Positions 11,816-21,478 of a DNA stretch of 64,000 bases are shown here, one piece after another. This DNA comes from a bacterium (lineage in GTDB: Bacteria > Desulfobacterota > Binatia > HRBIN30 > CADEER01), in contig JAUIGL010000012.1 of NCBI GenBank assembly GCA_030430165.1, positions 6,137 through 70,136 on the forward strand, written 5' to 3'. Numbering within the stretch: the first letter of the stretch is position 1; every line of letters begins with the position of its first letter. The notes under the pieces were generated by a model. It did no database searches. It had not been told where the DNA came from and saw only the letters and a program-made list of their open reading frames with translations. A program made the position numbers and the translations under genes.

Positions 11816-13843
11816 GTGATGCAGTGGCGTGAGCCCGACTTCCTATGGTTGAGCGGTTTGGTCGTATTGCTCGGCGCGGTGCTGGCGCTTGCCCTGCGCG
11901 GCCGGGTGCGCGCTCTCGAACGTTTCGTCGACGCCGATCTCGGCCGTCGTCTCGCGGTGGGCTCGAGTGCGGCGCGCCGCATCGCCTGCGTTGCGTTGCG
12001 GCTGGCTGCCCTGTTGCTGGTGGTGGTCGCGCTGGCCGGCCCGAAGTGGGGCTTTCACTGGGAAGAAGTGCGGCGCGAGGGGATCGATCTGCTGGTGGCG
12101 CTCGACACCTCGCGCAGCATGCTGGCGACCGACGTCAAGCCGAATCGACTGGAGCGGGCCAAGCTCGCCGTGCTCGACCTGCTGCCGCGCCTGCGCGGTG
12201 ATCGCATCGGGCTCGTCGCCTATGCCGGCACTGCGTTTCTCGAGGCGCCGCTGACCTTGGACTACGCCGCCTTCGCGCGCTCGCTGCGCGCGCTCCAGGT
12301 CGGCATCATCCCGCGCGGCGGAACCTCGCTGAGCCGCGCCATCGAAACCAGTCTCGAAGCGTTCGAAGCGCGCCAGGGCAAGTACGAAGCGCTGATTCTG
12401 ATCACCGACGGCGAGGATCACGAGGGCGACGCGCTCGACGCCGCAACGCTCGCCGCCGAGCGCGGGGTGAGGATCTACACGGTCGGCATCGGTACCCCGG
12501 AGGGCGAGCTGTTGCCGCTGCCCGGCGCGACCGCCGGCTACGTCAAGGATCGCAAGGGACAAGTCGTCAAGTCGCGACTGAACGAGGAACTGCTGCGCGA
12601 CATCGCGCTCGACACCGGCGGAGCGTACGTGCGTGGTCTCGGCCCGCAACTCGGTCTCGACGAGGTGTTCGACCAGCACATCGCCAAGATGGAGCGGCGC
12701 GAGGTCGACAGTGGGCTCGAGCGGCGCTTCGAGCATCGCTTTCAGCTGCCGCTGCTGCTGGCGTTGGTCCTGTTGCTGGTCGAGGCCCTGATCGGCGAGC
12801 GACCGGGGCGGGCGCGCGGCTGGTTGGCGAGGTTGAGCCGCAACCGCGCCGCGGCTTCCGCCTCGATCCTCTGGCTCGCCGTCGCGTTCGCCGAACCGGT
12901 ACCAGCCGGCCTGCTCGACTTCGAGGACCATCCCATCAACCAGGGCGTCGAAGCGTTCGAGCGGGGCGACTACGAGGCAGCGGTCGAAACCTTTGGCGAC
13001 GCTCTGGTGGAGTCGCCGGCCGATCCCCAGCTGCAGTTCGACCTCGGCGCCGCGCTGTACAAGCAGGGGCGCTACGAGGAGGCGATCGCGACGCTCGAGA
13101 AAGCGGCGACCGAGGGCGGCGAGAAATGGGCCGCGCCGGCCAACTACAACCTCGGCAACGCCTACTACCGCGCCGGCGCGGAGACCGAAGGCGAGCAACC
13201 ACAGCAGACACTCGAGCGCTGGGCGCAGGCGCTTTTGGCCTACCGGCGCGCGCTCGCCGTCGATCCGGCCGACGAAGATGCCCAGTTCAATCACGAGCTG
13301 GTGCAGAAGCGAATCGACGAGCTGCGCCAGCGTCTCGAGGACGAGCAGCAGGAAGAGCAGGAACAGGAACAACAGCCCGACGGCGACCAGCAGCAGGAGC
13401 AGGAGGAGCAGTCGGACGGCGAGCAGGAAGAGGGCGAAGAGCAGCAGGAGTCCGAGCAGGGCGAGCAGGAGCGACAGCAGGAGCAGGGTGAGCAGGAGCA
13501 GGGCGAGCAGCAGCAAGACGACTCGCAACAGCCCGACTCCGAGGCAGGAGAGGAGCAGCCACAGCCCGAGGAGTCCGAGGCCGGGGAGCAGGACGAGGAG
13601 GCGGCCGACGACGCTGCCGAGCAGCAGCCGCAAGACGAGCAGCCGGCCGACGAGCCGCAGCAGGAGGAGCAGCCGGCGGCGCAGGGCGGCGGCGAGGCGA
13701 CGGCGTCCGACGAAGAGCGAGCCGCGGAGGAGCAGGCCGCCCAGGCGGTGCTCGACACGGCGCGCGAGGAAGAGCTCGGTCCGCAGGACATCGAGCGCCG
13801 CACCGGCGTTGCCGGTGTCGGCGATCCGATGCAGGATTGGTAG
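11816..13843 (+). CDS. VWA + TPR fusion protein (BatB/BatC-like) with about 170-aa Glu/Gln-rich acidic C-terminal tail
   Basis: The MIDAS motif is DLLVALDTSRSM, followed by TPR-like repeats (YNLGNAYYRAG, YRRALAVDP) and an EQQEEQEQEQQ... low-complexity region. Confidence 0.75.
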   Translation: MMQWREPDFLWLSGLVVLLGAVLALALRGRVRALERFVDADLGRRLAVGSSAARRIACVALRLAALLLVVVALAGPKWGFHWEEVRREGIDLLVALDTSRSMLATDVKPNRLERAKLAVLDLLPRLRGDRIGLVAYAGTAFLEAPLTLDYAAFARSLRALQVGIIPRGGTSLSRAIETSLEAFEARQGKYEALILITDGEDHEGDALDAATLAAERGVRIYTVGIGTPEGELLPLPGATAGYVKDRKGQVVKSRLNEELLRDIALDTGGAYVRGLGPQLGLDEVFDQHIAKMERREVDSGLERRFEHRFQLPLLLALVLLLVEALIGERPGRARGWLARLSRNRAAASASILWLAVAFAEPVPAGLLDFEDHPINQGVEAFERGDYEAAVETFGDALVESPADPQLQFDLGAALYKQGRYEEAIATLEKAATEGGEKWAAPANYNLGNAYYRAGAETEGEQPQQTLERWAQALLAYRRALAVDPADEDAQFNHELVQKRIDELRQRLEDEQQEEQEQEQQPDGDQQQEQEEQSDGEQEEGEEQQESEQGEQERQQEQGEQEQGEQQQDDSQQPDSEAGEEQPQPEESEAGEQDEEAADDAAEQQPQDEQPADEPQQEEQPAAQGGGEATASDEERAAEEQAAQAVLDTAREEELGPQDIERRTGVAGVGDPMQDW

Positions 13844-13845
13844 TC

Positions 13846-16386
13846 ATGCCGAGAGCCCCGATTGCACCGCGACGGGCGCTCGTCGCGCTCATCGTTGCGC
13901 TGGCGCTGAGCGCGCCAGCGGTCGCGTCATCGCAGAGCATCAGCGCGACCGTCGACCGAACGCGTCTGGCGGTCGGCGAAGCGACGATTCTCTCGGTTCA
14001 GGTGATCGGTGCTCAGGGGGCGGCGGCACCGCAGGTGGCGATGGCGGACTGGGAAGTGCGCTATGCCGGGCCGTCGACCGAGGTTCGCTTCGAGAACGGC
14101 GTCACCACCAGCAGCGTCACCCATCGCTACCAATTGCTTGCGCAGAAAGCCGGGTCGTTCACCTTCGGCCCGTACACGGTCGAGGTCGACGGCAAGACCC
14201 TGAGCAGCCAACCGATTGCGATCGAGGTCGTGCCGCGCGGCAGCGAGCCGGTCCAGTCCGGGCGCCCGCAGCTGGTGCTCGACGCCCGCGTCGGCGACAC
14301 CGAGCCGTGGGTCGGCGAAAGAGTCCCGCTGACGATCCGCCTCTTGATCCCGTCGGGAACCCGCGTCGACAATCTGCAGTTTCCGCAAGTGCACGGCGAG
14401 CACGTGGTCGCCGGCGCGATGCCGCAGCCGGCCCAGCGCGACGAGCACATCAATGGGATGGCGTTTCGCGTGCTCTACTTCGAGACCCACCTGACGCCGC
14501 TCGTCGCCGGCGAAAGGGCGGTGACGGTTTCGATGGACCTCAGCGTGCTCGAGCAGGCCCGCCGCAATCGGCAGCGAGGTTTGTTCGGGATGCTGGGGGG
14601 ATTCTCACAGCGGCGACCCGTCGAGTTGCGCAGCGAGCCGTTGCTTCTTCGAGCCCGTGCACTGCCGGCCGAGGGGCGCCCGCCGGGTTTCTCCGGCGCA
14701 GTGGGCTCGTTCAACATGCAGGTGGCGGCCTCGCCGACCGAGCTCGCCGCCGGTGACCCGGTAACCGTGCGCGTGGTGGTTCGCGGTGCCGGCGATCTCA
14801 GCAAGCTGCAGCCGCCGCGCTACCAGGCGAGCGACGAGCTGCGCGCCTACGACCCGCTGCCACTCGCCGACCTCGGCGGAGATGCCAAGGGCATCGAGCA
14901 GGTGGTGATTCCGCAGCAGCCGGGTGTGGTCGAGCTGCCGGCTCTGCAGCTGTCCTTTTTCGATCCCGAAGCCGAGGCCTACCGCACCATCCGCCGGCGC
15001 CCGCGCCCGCTGCAGGTGGCAGAGTCGGCGACCGCCCAGGCGGCGGTGGTCGCCGGCGGCGAGCAGGGGCGCGCCGAGAAGGTGCAGGGCCCGCTCGGAC
15101 GCGACATCGTGTTCATCAAGCGCGCGCCGGGCTCCTGGTCGGAGGTCGGCCGCAGTTGGTGGGGCTCGTGGGCGCTGTGGTTGGTGCACCTGGCACCGGC
15201 GCTCGCCGTCGCCGGCTTGTGGTGGCGGTCGCGCCGGGCGGGCGCGCTCGCTGCCAATCCCAAGTTGCGCCGCTTTCGCGAGGCCGAGGCCAAGGCGCGG
15301 GCGGCGCTCGCCGGCCTGGATGCGAGCGACGGCGGCTTCGTCGACCGGTTGCACGACGCGATCGGCGAGTACCTCGGAGCCAAACTGGACCTCCCCCCTG
15401 GCGCGATCGAGGGCGAGAGAGTGGCGAGCGCCCTCGCCGAAGCCGGTTGCGCACACGACGTCTGCGAGCAGGCGCGCGCGTTCTTCGCCGATCTCGAGGC
15501 CCTGCGCTACGCCCCGGGCGGCGCTGACGATGCGGTACGGCGCGGGCTACTGGCGCGCGCCGAGACGATCGTCGCGGCGCTGGCGAAACGGCGCGACCTC
15601 GAGAGCGGGCTCGCCGCGGCGGCGAAGCTGGCGCTGGTTGCGGTGATCAGCCTGACGGCCGTCGGCCCGTCGCACGCCGACGTGGTCAGCGAGGCCGCCC
15701 CGGAAGCGGCGTTCTTCGCCGGCAACGAGGCCTACGCCGGCGGCGACTACGGACGGGCGGTGGAGCGCTACCGCGAGGCGCTCGCCCTCGGAGTCGAGAG
15801 CGGCGCGCTTCACTTCAATCTCGGCAACGCGCATTTCAAGCGTGGCGAAATGGCGCTTGCCGTAGCCAGCTATCTGCGTGCCCGGCGCTTGCTGCCGCGC
15901 GACCCCGACGTCGCCGCCAACCTCTCGTTCGCCGAAGAGTCGCTCGAGCTCCCGGCGGAGGCGGATCCATTGTGGCGGCGGGCGGTGTTTGCGCTCGCCT
16001 ACCGGGCCAGTGCCGTCGAGCTGGCGACTTTGTTGTCTGTGGCGTGGTGGAGTCTCTGCGCCGTTTGCGCGGCGATGCTGTTGCTGCCTGGGCGGCGCGA
16101 CGCGCTGCGCTGGCCGCTGGCGATCTCGGCGCTGCTGGCGCTGATCGCCTTCGCCAACTTCGCCTACCGCGGCCAGTCGCTCGAGCTGTGGCGGGACGCG
16201 GTGGTCGCCGCGGCGAACGACGTGGTGGTTCGCTTCGAGCCGGCCGCCGACGGTACCGAGCACTTCACGGCGCCGGTGGGCAGCCGGCTGACGGTACACG
16301 AGCGGCGCGAGGGATGGGCGCTGGTGTCGCGCCGCGACGGCCGGCGCGGCTGGTTGCGAGAAGACCAGATCGTTCGTCTGCGCTGA
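13846..16386 (+). CDS. BatD-like protein fused to C-terminal TPR and SH3-like (BatE-like) domain
   Basis: A signal peptide is followed by repeated beta-rich BatD-type domains, a TM region around residue 440, a TPR segment (FFAGNEAYAGGDYGRAVERYREAL) and a C-terminal SH3b-like block (GWALVSRRDGRRGWLREDQI). The ATG at 13846 overlaps the upstream stop. Confidence 0.7.
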   Translation: MPRAPIAPRRALVALIVALALSAPAVASSQSISATVDRTRLAVGEATILSVQVIGAQGAAAPQVAMADWEVRYAGPSTEVRFENGVTTSSVTHRYQLLAQKAGSFTFGPYTVEVDGKTLSSQPIAIEVVPRGSEPVQSGRPQLVLDARVGDTEPWVGERVPLTIRLLIPSGTRVDNLQFPQVHGEHVVAGAMPQPAQRDEHINGMAFRVLYFETHLTPLVAGERAVTVSMDLSVLEQARRNRQRGLFGMLGGFSQRRPVELRSEPLLLRARALPAEGRPPGFSGAVGSFNMQVAASPTELAAGDPVTVRVVVRGAGDLSKLQPPRYQASDELRAYDPLPLADLGGDAKGIEQVVIPQQPGVVELPALQLSFFDPEAEAYRTIRRRPRPLQVAESATAQAAVVAGGEQGRAEKVQGPLGRDIVFIKRAPGSWSEVGRSWWGSWALWLVHLAPALAVAGLWWRSRRAGALAANPKLRRFREAEAKARAALAGLDASDGGFVDRLHDAIGEYLGAKLDLPPGAIEGERVASALAEAGCAHDVCEQARAFFADLEALRYAPGGADDAVRRGLLARAETIVAALAKRRDLESGLAAAAKLALVAVISLTAVGPSHADVVSEAAPEAAFFAGNEAYAGGDYGRAVERYREALALGVESGALHFNLGNAHFKRGEMALAVASYLRARRLLPRDPDVAANLSFAEESLELPAEADPLWRRAVFALAYRASAVELATLLSVAWWSLCAVCAAMLLLPGRRDALRWPLAISALLALIAFANFAYRGQSLELWRDAVVAAANDVVVRFEPAADGTEHFTAPVGSRLTVHERREGWALVSRRDGRRGWLREDQIVRLR

Positions 16387-16414
16387 GGCGTAGGGCCCCG
16401 CGTGTTGCCGGGCC

Positions 16415-16560
16415 AGTCCCTCGATACGCGCTGCGCGCTACTCGGGAACACGGAAGTGGTCGGAAAGACCTCAGCCGACCCGGGCCTTAGCCTCTCCCGT
16501 CTTCCCCGAGTAGCCCGAAGGGCGTATCGAGGGGCCCCCTACTCGGGAATCCGGAGTCGG
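16415..16560. repeat. Cluster of short direct and inverted repeats (CTACTCGGGAA x3; CCCTCGATACGC inverted pair; TAGGGCCCC/GGGGCCCCCTA) in convergent intergenic gap
   Basis: Read directly from the sequence. Confidence 0.35.
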
Positions 16561-16601
16561 AACAAAGCGCTCGGCACACGAGCCCCCCAAGTGGCTCCGG
16601 C

Positions 16602-18827
16602 CTACGCGGCGCGCACGGTCACCGGAATGCCGTTGAGAACCGCGTTGCCCGACAGTGGGTCGAGAGCGTGCTCGTGAGCCAGCAGGTTGGAATTGGCGCC
16701 GGGCCTTTCGCGCGCGACGGACAAACGCGCGCCCTCGTGGTGGTGCCCCCAGCCGTGCGGCATGCTGACCACGCCGGGCATGATCTCGTCGGTGACCTCG
16801 ACCGGCACCTCGACGGTTCCGGCGCGCGAGCTGACCACGGCGGTGCCGCCGTGGGCGAGCTGCAGCCGTTCCGCGTCGGTCGAATGGATCTGCAGGGTGC
16901 AGAGGTGCTTGCCGCGCGTCAGGTGCGGCAGGTTGTGCATCCACGAGTTGTTGGAGCGCAGGTGGCGCCGGCCGATCAGGCGGAATCCGTCCGGCTCTCG
17001 CCCGATCGATTCAGCCAGGCGGGGCAGGTCGGCGATCAGTTGCTCGGGGGCGAGCTCGACCATGCCGCTCGGCGTGCGCAGGACATCGGGAACACGCGAC
17101 TGAAGCTCGCCGAGGTCGATTCCGTGCGGGTGTCCCAACAGCTTGTCGAGGCTGAGTCCCTGCGGATCCTTGCCGAACCCATCGCCGTAGGGCCCCGCGC
17201 GCAGCGCCAGGTCGAGCAGGCGCTCGGGGCCGCGCCGCCCTTCCAGGGCCTGCAGGATCTCGTCCTGTTCGCGTCCCTCGATCTTCGACGGCGAGCGCAG
17301 GTAGCGCTGCAGGTTGGTCGACAGGACGAACGCGTCGAGGTCCTCGATCGATGCGCCGGCCGCGTCGTTGGATACGATCGAGGTCAGCCGCAGCAAGGTC
17401 TCCCACTCGCTCGGGCGATCGGCCGGCGGCGCGAACACCGGCGGCGAGTAGCGCACCGCGTTGCGGTAGCCGAAGGCGGGAAACGCTGTGTCGTAGTGGC
17501 TCGTCTCGAGCACCGAGAGGCCGGGCAGGATCACGTCGGCGTGGCGGCTGGTCTCGTTGAGGTAGATGTCGAGGCTGACCATGAAGTCGAGCCCGCGCAG
17601 GGCGGCGTCGAGCCGCGCGCCGTTGGGAGTGCTCAGCACCGGGTTGCCGGCGATCGTGAACAGAGCCCGGATCTGCCCCTTGCCCGAGGTCTCGATCTCC
17701 TCGGCGAGACAGGAGCAGGGGAACTCGCCCATGACCTCCGGCGCGCCGCGCACCCGGCTGTGGCGCCGTCCGGTGGTGACGCCGCGTCCCGGGCCCGCCT
17801 TGGCGCCGAGTCCGAACGCCGCCGGCTCGGGAAACATCACACCTCCCGGGGAGTCCAGGTTGCCGGTGAGCACGTTGCAGACGTCGACCAGCCAGCTGGC
17901 GACGGTGCCGAACTCCTGGGTGCAGGTGCCGATGCGGCCGTAGACCGCGGCGTGCTCGGCGTCGGCGAGCTCGCGCGCCACCGTGCGGATGTCGTCGGCC
18001 GCGATCGCGCAGCTGTCGGCCACGGCTTCGGCGGTGAACTGCTCGAACGCCGGCGCGAGATCGGCGACGCCGGTGACGTGTGGCTCGAGGCGGCCGAGGT
18101 CGACCCGATCCTCCGCCAACAATGTGTTGACGATCGCGGCGAGGAAGAGGGCGTCGGTTCCCGGTCGAATGAACAGGTGCCGGTCGGCCGCCGCCGCGGT
18201 GCGGGTGCGCTTGGGATCGACGACCGTGCAGCGGCCGCCGCGCTGGCGCAGCGCGCGCAGCCGGCCGGGGAAGTCGGGCACCGTCCACAGGCTGCCGTTC
18301 GACTCGAACGGATTGGCGCCGAGCACCAGCAGGTAGTCGGTGCGGTCGATGTCGGGCACGGGCACGGTGGCGAAGCTGCCGAACATCAGCCCGCTGGCCA
18401 ACTGCTTCGGCACCTGGTCGACGGTGCTCGCCGAGTAGATGTGTGACGTCTGCAGGGCGCGCAGGAAGACGCGCGAGTAGAGCGACAGGCTCCAGTTGTG
18501 CACGCTCGGGTTGCCGAGGTAGACGGCGACCGACTCGTTGCCGTGCTCTTGCAGGACCGCGCCGAGGCGCTTCGAGATCTCCTCGAAGGCCTCGTCCCAG
18601 GTCGCCGGCTGGTGGCCGTCGCCGCGCTTGATCAGCGGTTGGCGCAGGCGGTCGGGGTCCTCGTGCAGCTCACGAATCGCCGGCCCCTTTGGGCAGAGAA
18701 AGCCGCCGCTGAAGACGTCCGCGTCGTCGCCGCGCACGCCGCCGACGCGATCCCCTTCGATGCTCAGCTCGAGGCCGCAGGTGGCCTCGCAGAATGGACA
18801 AATGCGGTAGCGCTGTTCGGTTGCCAT
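16602..18827 (-). CDS. Molybdopterin-dependent oxidoreductase (formate dehydrogenase/DMSO reductase superfamily), 4Fe-4S N-terminal motif
   Basis: The N-terminus CPFCEATCGL...LCPKG gives the Mo-bisPGD family architecture. The start is chosen at MATEQ (RBS GAGGGG). No in-frame TGA, so no selenocysteine. Confidence 0.8.
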   Translation of the reverse strand: MATEQRYRICPFCEATCGLELSIEGDRVGGVRGDDADVFSGGFLCPKGPAIRELHEDPDRLRQPLIKRGDGHQPATWDEAFEEISKRLGAVLQEHGNESVAVYLGNPSVHNWSLSLYSRVFLRALQTSHIYSASTVDQVPKQLASGLMFGSFATVPVPDIDRTDYLLVLGANPFESNGSLWTVPDFPGRLRALRQRGGRCTVVDPKRTRTAAAADRHLFIRPGTDALFLAAIVNTLLAEDRVDLGRLEPHVTGVADLAPAFEQFTAEAVADSCAIAADDIRTVARELADAEHAAVYGRIGTCTQEFGTVASWLVDVCNVLTGNLDSPGGVMFPEPAAFGLGAKAGPGRGVTTGRRHSRVRGAPEVMGEFPCSCLAEEIETSGKGQIRALFTIAGNPVLSTPNGARLDAALRGLDFMVSLDIYLNETSRHADVILPGLSVLETSHYDTAFPAFGYRNAVRYSPPVFAPPADRPSEWETLLRLTSIVSNDAAGASIEDLDAFVLSTNLQRYLRSPSKIEGREQDEILQALEGRRGPERLLDLALRAGPYGDGFGKDPQGLSLDKLLGHPHGIDLGELQSRVPDVLRTPSGMVELAPEQLIADLPRLAESIGREPDGFRLIGRRHLRSNNSWMHNLPHLTRGKHLCTLQIHSTDAERLQLAHGGTAVVSSRAGTVEVPVEVTDEIMPGVVSMPHGWGHHHEGARLSVARERPGANSNLLAHEHALDPLSGNAVLNGIPVTVRAA

Positions 18828-19057
18828 GGTAATCCCCTCGACCACTGGATCGAAAGAGTGTCGCAACTCCGATCGGCAAGATCCAGTGGCGGGTTGCGGC
18901 GGGCGAAGGCCGTGACGACGACCCCGACACCTGACAGTTTCGCAAGCGGCTTCGATGCGATAGGAAAGTCAACCTGTCCTGCCAGTCAACCGACTCCGAG
19001 CTTCCTGGTGTGGGGCTTGCGGAGTCCAGTCTCACAACTCGTCGAAGAGGTCTGTCC

Positions 19058-21448
19058 ATGTCGAAGCCGATCAAAGCCGTCTTTACTCCTCTCTTGGCTG
19101 CTGCAATCTGTGTCGTCTCCGCGGCTGCGGTGGCAGAGGGCAAGGACAAGGTCAAACCGCCTGTCGCCACCTTCGAGGATCGCGAAGTGTTGCCGGTCAA
19201 GCCGCCGCGGCTGGCGCCGATCACGACGCTGGATGCCCGCGACATGGACAGTCCGGCGGTGTTCGAGGTCGCTGCCCCCAAGGGGGCGCCCAACGTGATC
19301 ATCATCCTGGTCGACGATCTCGGATTTGGTGGCACCAGCCACTTCGGCGGCCCGGTGGCGACGCCGAACTTCGACAAGCTGGCGGCGCAGGGCATATCGT
19401 ACAACCAGTTCCACTCGACGGCGCTGTGCTCGCCGACGCGGCAGGCGCTCAAGACCGGGCGCAATCATCACTCGGCGGCGATGGGCAAGATAACCGAAGT
19501 CGCGACCTCGTTTCCCGGTTACACCGGCATGCTGCCCGACGACGTCGCCTCGATCGGCAAGATGCTGAGCTACAATGGCTTCAGCACCAGTGCGTTCGGC
19601 AAGTGGCACGAGACCGCGGTGTGGGAGATCAGCCCGTCGGGCCCGATGACCCGGTGGCCGAACCACCAGGGCTTCGACGAGTTCTACGGCTTCATGGGGG
19701 GCGAGACCAATCAGTGGACGCCGACCATCTACCACAACCAGAATCGCGTCGAGACGCCGGACGACGCCGACTACCACTTCCTCACCGACATGACGACGAA
19801 GGCGATCGAGTGGATCGAGTTCCAGCAGGCGCTCACGCCCGAAAAGCCCTTCTTCGTCTACTTTGCACCGGGCGCGACGCACGCGCCGCACCACGTGCCG
19901 CAGTCGTACATCGACAAACAGAAAGGCCGCTTCGACGCCGGCTGGGACGCCGTTCGCGAACAGATCTACCAGCGCCAACTCGAGAGCGGTGTGATCCCGA
20001 AAGGCACCAAGCTGGCCGCCAAGCCGGACTGGATCAAGGACTGGAAGGACCTGAGCGCGAAGGAGCAGAAGCTGTTCGCGCGCCAGGCCGAAGTATTCGC
20101 GGCCTACGTCGACATGACCGATACCGAGATCGGTCGCCTCATCCAGGCGGTCGAAGACATCGGTGAAATCGACAACACGCTGATCTTCTACATCGCTGGC
20201 GACAACGGGACCAGCGCCGAAGGGGTCGCCAACGGTCTCTACAACGAGATGACCTACTTCAACGCCGAGCCCAAGGGGTCCGACGTCGACTTCATGCTGC
20301 AGTACTACGATCGCTGGGGCGGACCGGAAACCTACCCGCACATGGCGGCGGGCTGGGCGGTTGCGCTCGATTCTCCGTTCGGTTGGACCAAGCAGGTGGC
20401 CTCCGATTTCGGCGGCACGCGCCAGGGCCTGGCGGTGCACTGGCCCGATGGCATCAAAGCAAAGGGCGAGCTGCGCTCGCAGTGGCATCACGTCATCGAC
20501 GTCGTGCCGACGATCCTGGAAGCGGCCGGCCTACCCGAACCGCGGGTGGTGGACGGCATTCCGCAGCGCCCCATCGAAGGGGTCAGCATGGTCTACAGCT
20601 TCGACGACGCCGACGCGGCGGACCGCCACACGATCCAGTACTTCGAGATGTTCGGCAACCGGGCTCTCTACCACGATGGCTGGATGGCGCGGACGATCCA
20701 CTCGACTCCTTGGGGAGGGCCGAAGAACAAGTTGGAAGACGACACCTGGGAGCTCTACAACGTCGCCGAAGATTTCAGTCTGGCGACGGACGTGGCGCGC
20801 GACCACCCGGAGAAGCTGGCCGAGTTGCAGAGCCGGTTCCTCGCCGAAGCGGTCAAGTACAACGTCCTGCCGCTCGACGATCGACTGATCGAGCTCGCCA
20901 ACCCGCAGATCGCGGGACGGCCCGATCTGATGTTCGGTCGGACGACGCTGACGCTCAGGGAAGGCATGGCCGGCCTGCTCGAGAACGATTTCATCAATAC
21001 CAAGAACGCGTCGTACACGATCGAGGCCGAGGTCGAGACCGGCGGCTCGGCCGCCAACGGCGTGATCCTGGCGCAGGGGGGCCGCTTCGGCGGCTACAGC
21101 CTGTATCTGAAGGAGGGTGTTCCGACCTTCGTCTACAACTACCTGGGGCTCGACAAGACCAAGATCGCGGGCAGCGACCCGCTACCGAGCGGCAAGTCCA
21201 CCGTGAAGATGGACTTTGCCTACGAGGGCGGCGTCGGCGGTGGAGGCACCGTGACTCTGAGCGTCGACGGCAAGACCGTGGGCTCGGGCAAGGTCGCCAA
21301 GACCGAACCCAACGTCTACTCCGCCGACGAGACCGCCGGCGTCGGTATCGACCAGGAAACCCCCGTGTCGGACGACTACACACGCGAGAGCAGCAAGTTC
21401 ACCGGCCGGATCCACAAGGTGACGGTCAATACGAAACCATCCAGCTAG
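19058..21448 (+). CDS. Arylsulfatase (formylglycine-dependent sulfatase) with signal peptide and long C-terminal extension
   Basis: The CSPTRQALKTGR active-site C-x-P-x-R motif is followed by GKWH. There is an N-terminal signal peptide and an RBS GAAGAGG before the ATG at 19058. Confidence 0.85.
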   Translation: MSKPIKAVFTPLLAAAICVVSAAAVAEGKDKVKPPVATFEDREVLPVKPPRLAPITTLDARDMDSPAVFEVAAPKGAPNVIIILVDDLGFGGTSHFGGPVATPNFDKLAAQGISYNQFHSTALCSPTRQALKTGRNHHSAAMGKITEVATSFPGYTGMLPDDVASIGKMLSYNGFSTSAFGKWHETAVWEISPSGPMTRWPNHQGFDEFYGFMGGETNQWTPTIYHNQNRVETPDDADYHFLTDMTTKAIEWIEFQQALTPEKPFFVYFAPGATHAPHHVPQSYIDKQKGRFDAGWDAVREQIYQRQLESGVIPKGTKLAAKPDWIKDWKDLSAKEQKLFARQAEVFAAYVDMTDTEIGRLIQAVEDIGEIDNTLIFYIAGDNGTSAEGVANGLYNEMTYFNAEPKGSDVDFMLQYYDRWGGPETYPHMAAGWAVALDSPFGWTKQVASDFGGTRQGLAVHWPDGIKAKGELRSQWHHVIDVVPTILEAAGLPEPRVVDGIPQRPIEGVSMVYSFDDADAADRHTIQYFEMFGNRALYHDGWMARTIHSTPWGGPKNKLEDDTWELYNVAEDFSLATDVARDHPEKLAELQSRFLAEAVKYNVLPLDDRLIELANPQIAGRPDLMFGRTTLTLREGMAGLLENDFINTKNASYTIEAEVETGGSAANGVILAQGGRFGGYSLYLKEGVPTFVYNYLGLDKTKIAGSDPLPSGKSTVKMDFAYEGGVGGGGTVTLSVDGKTVGSGKVAKTEPNVYSADETAGVGIDQETPVSDDYTRESSKFTGRIHKVTVNTKPSS

Positions 21449-21478
21449 AGCTCACGCACCGGTTGCGGGACGAGGTGA

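Noticed and set aside
11843-13633. 596-aa minus-strand ORF with poly-Leu stretches
   Set aside because: It is antisense to the BatB/TPR gene. The poly-L run is the mirror of the poly-E/Q acidic tail codons.
13291-13803. Minus-strand Cys/Ser-rich 170-aa ORF
   Set aside because: It is the reverse-frame reading of the GAG/CAG-rich acidic-tail codons (complement GCT/TGC) and is not a metallothionein-like gene.
16668-18446. 592-aa plus-strand ORF
   Set aside because: It is antisense to the molybdopterin oxidoreductase, which has unmistakable Cys-cluster and Mo-bisPGD motifs.
16602-18866. Possible selenocysteine (formate-dehydrogenase-type) in the Mo-oxidoreductase
   Set aside because: The ORF is uninterrupted with no in-frame TGA, and no SECIS-like hairpin was sought or seen. 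It is treated as a Cys- or Ser-type enzyme.
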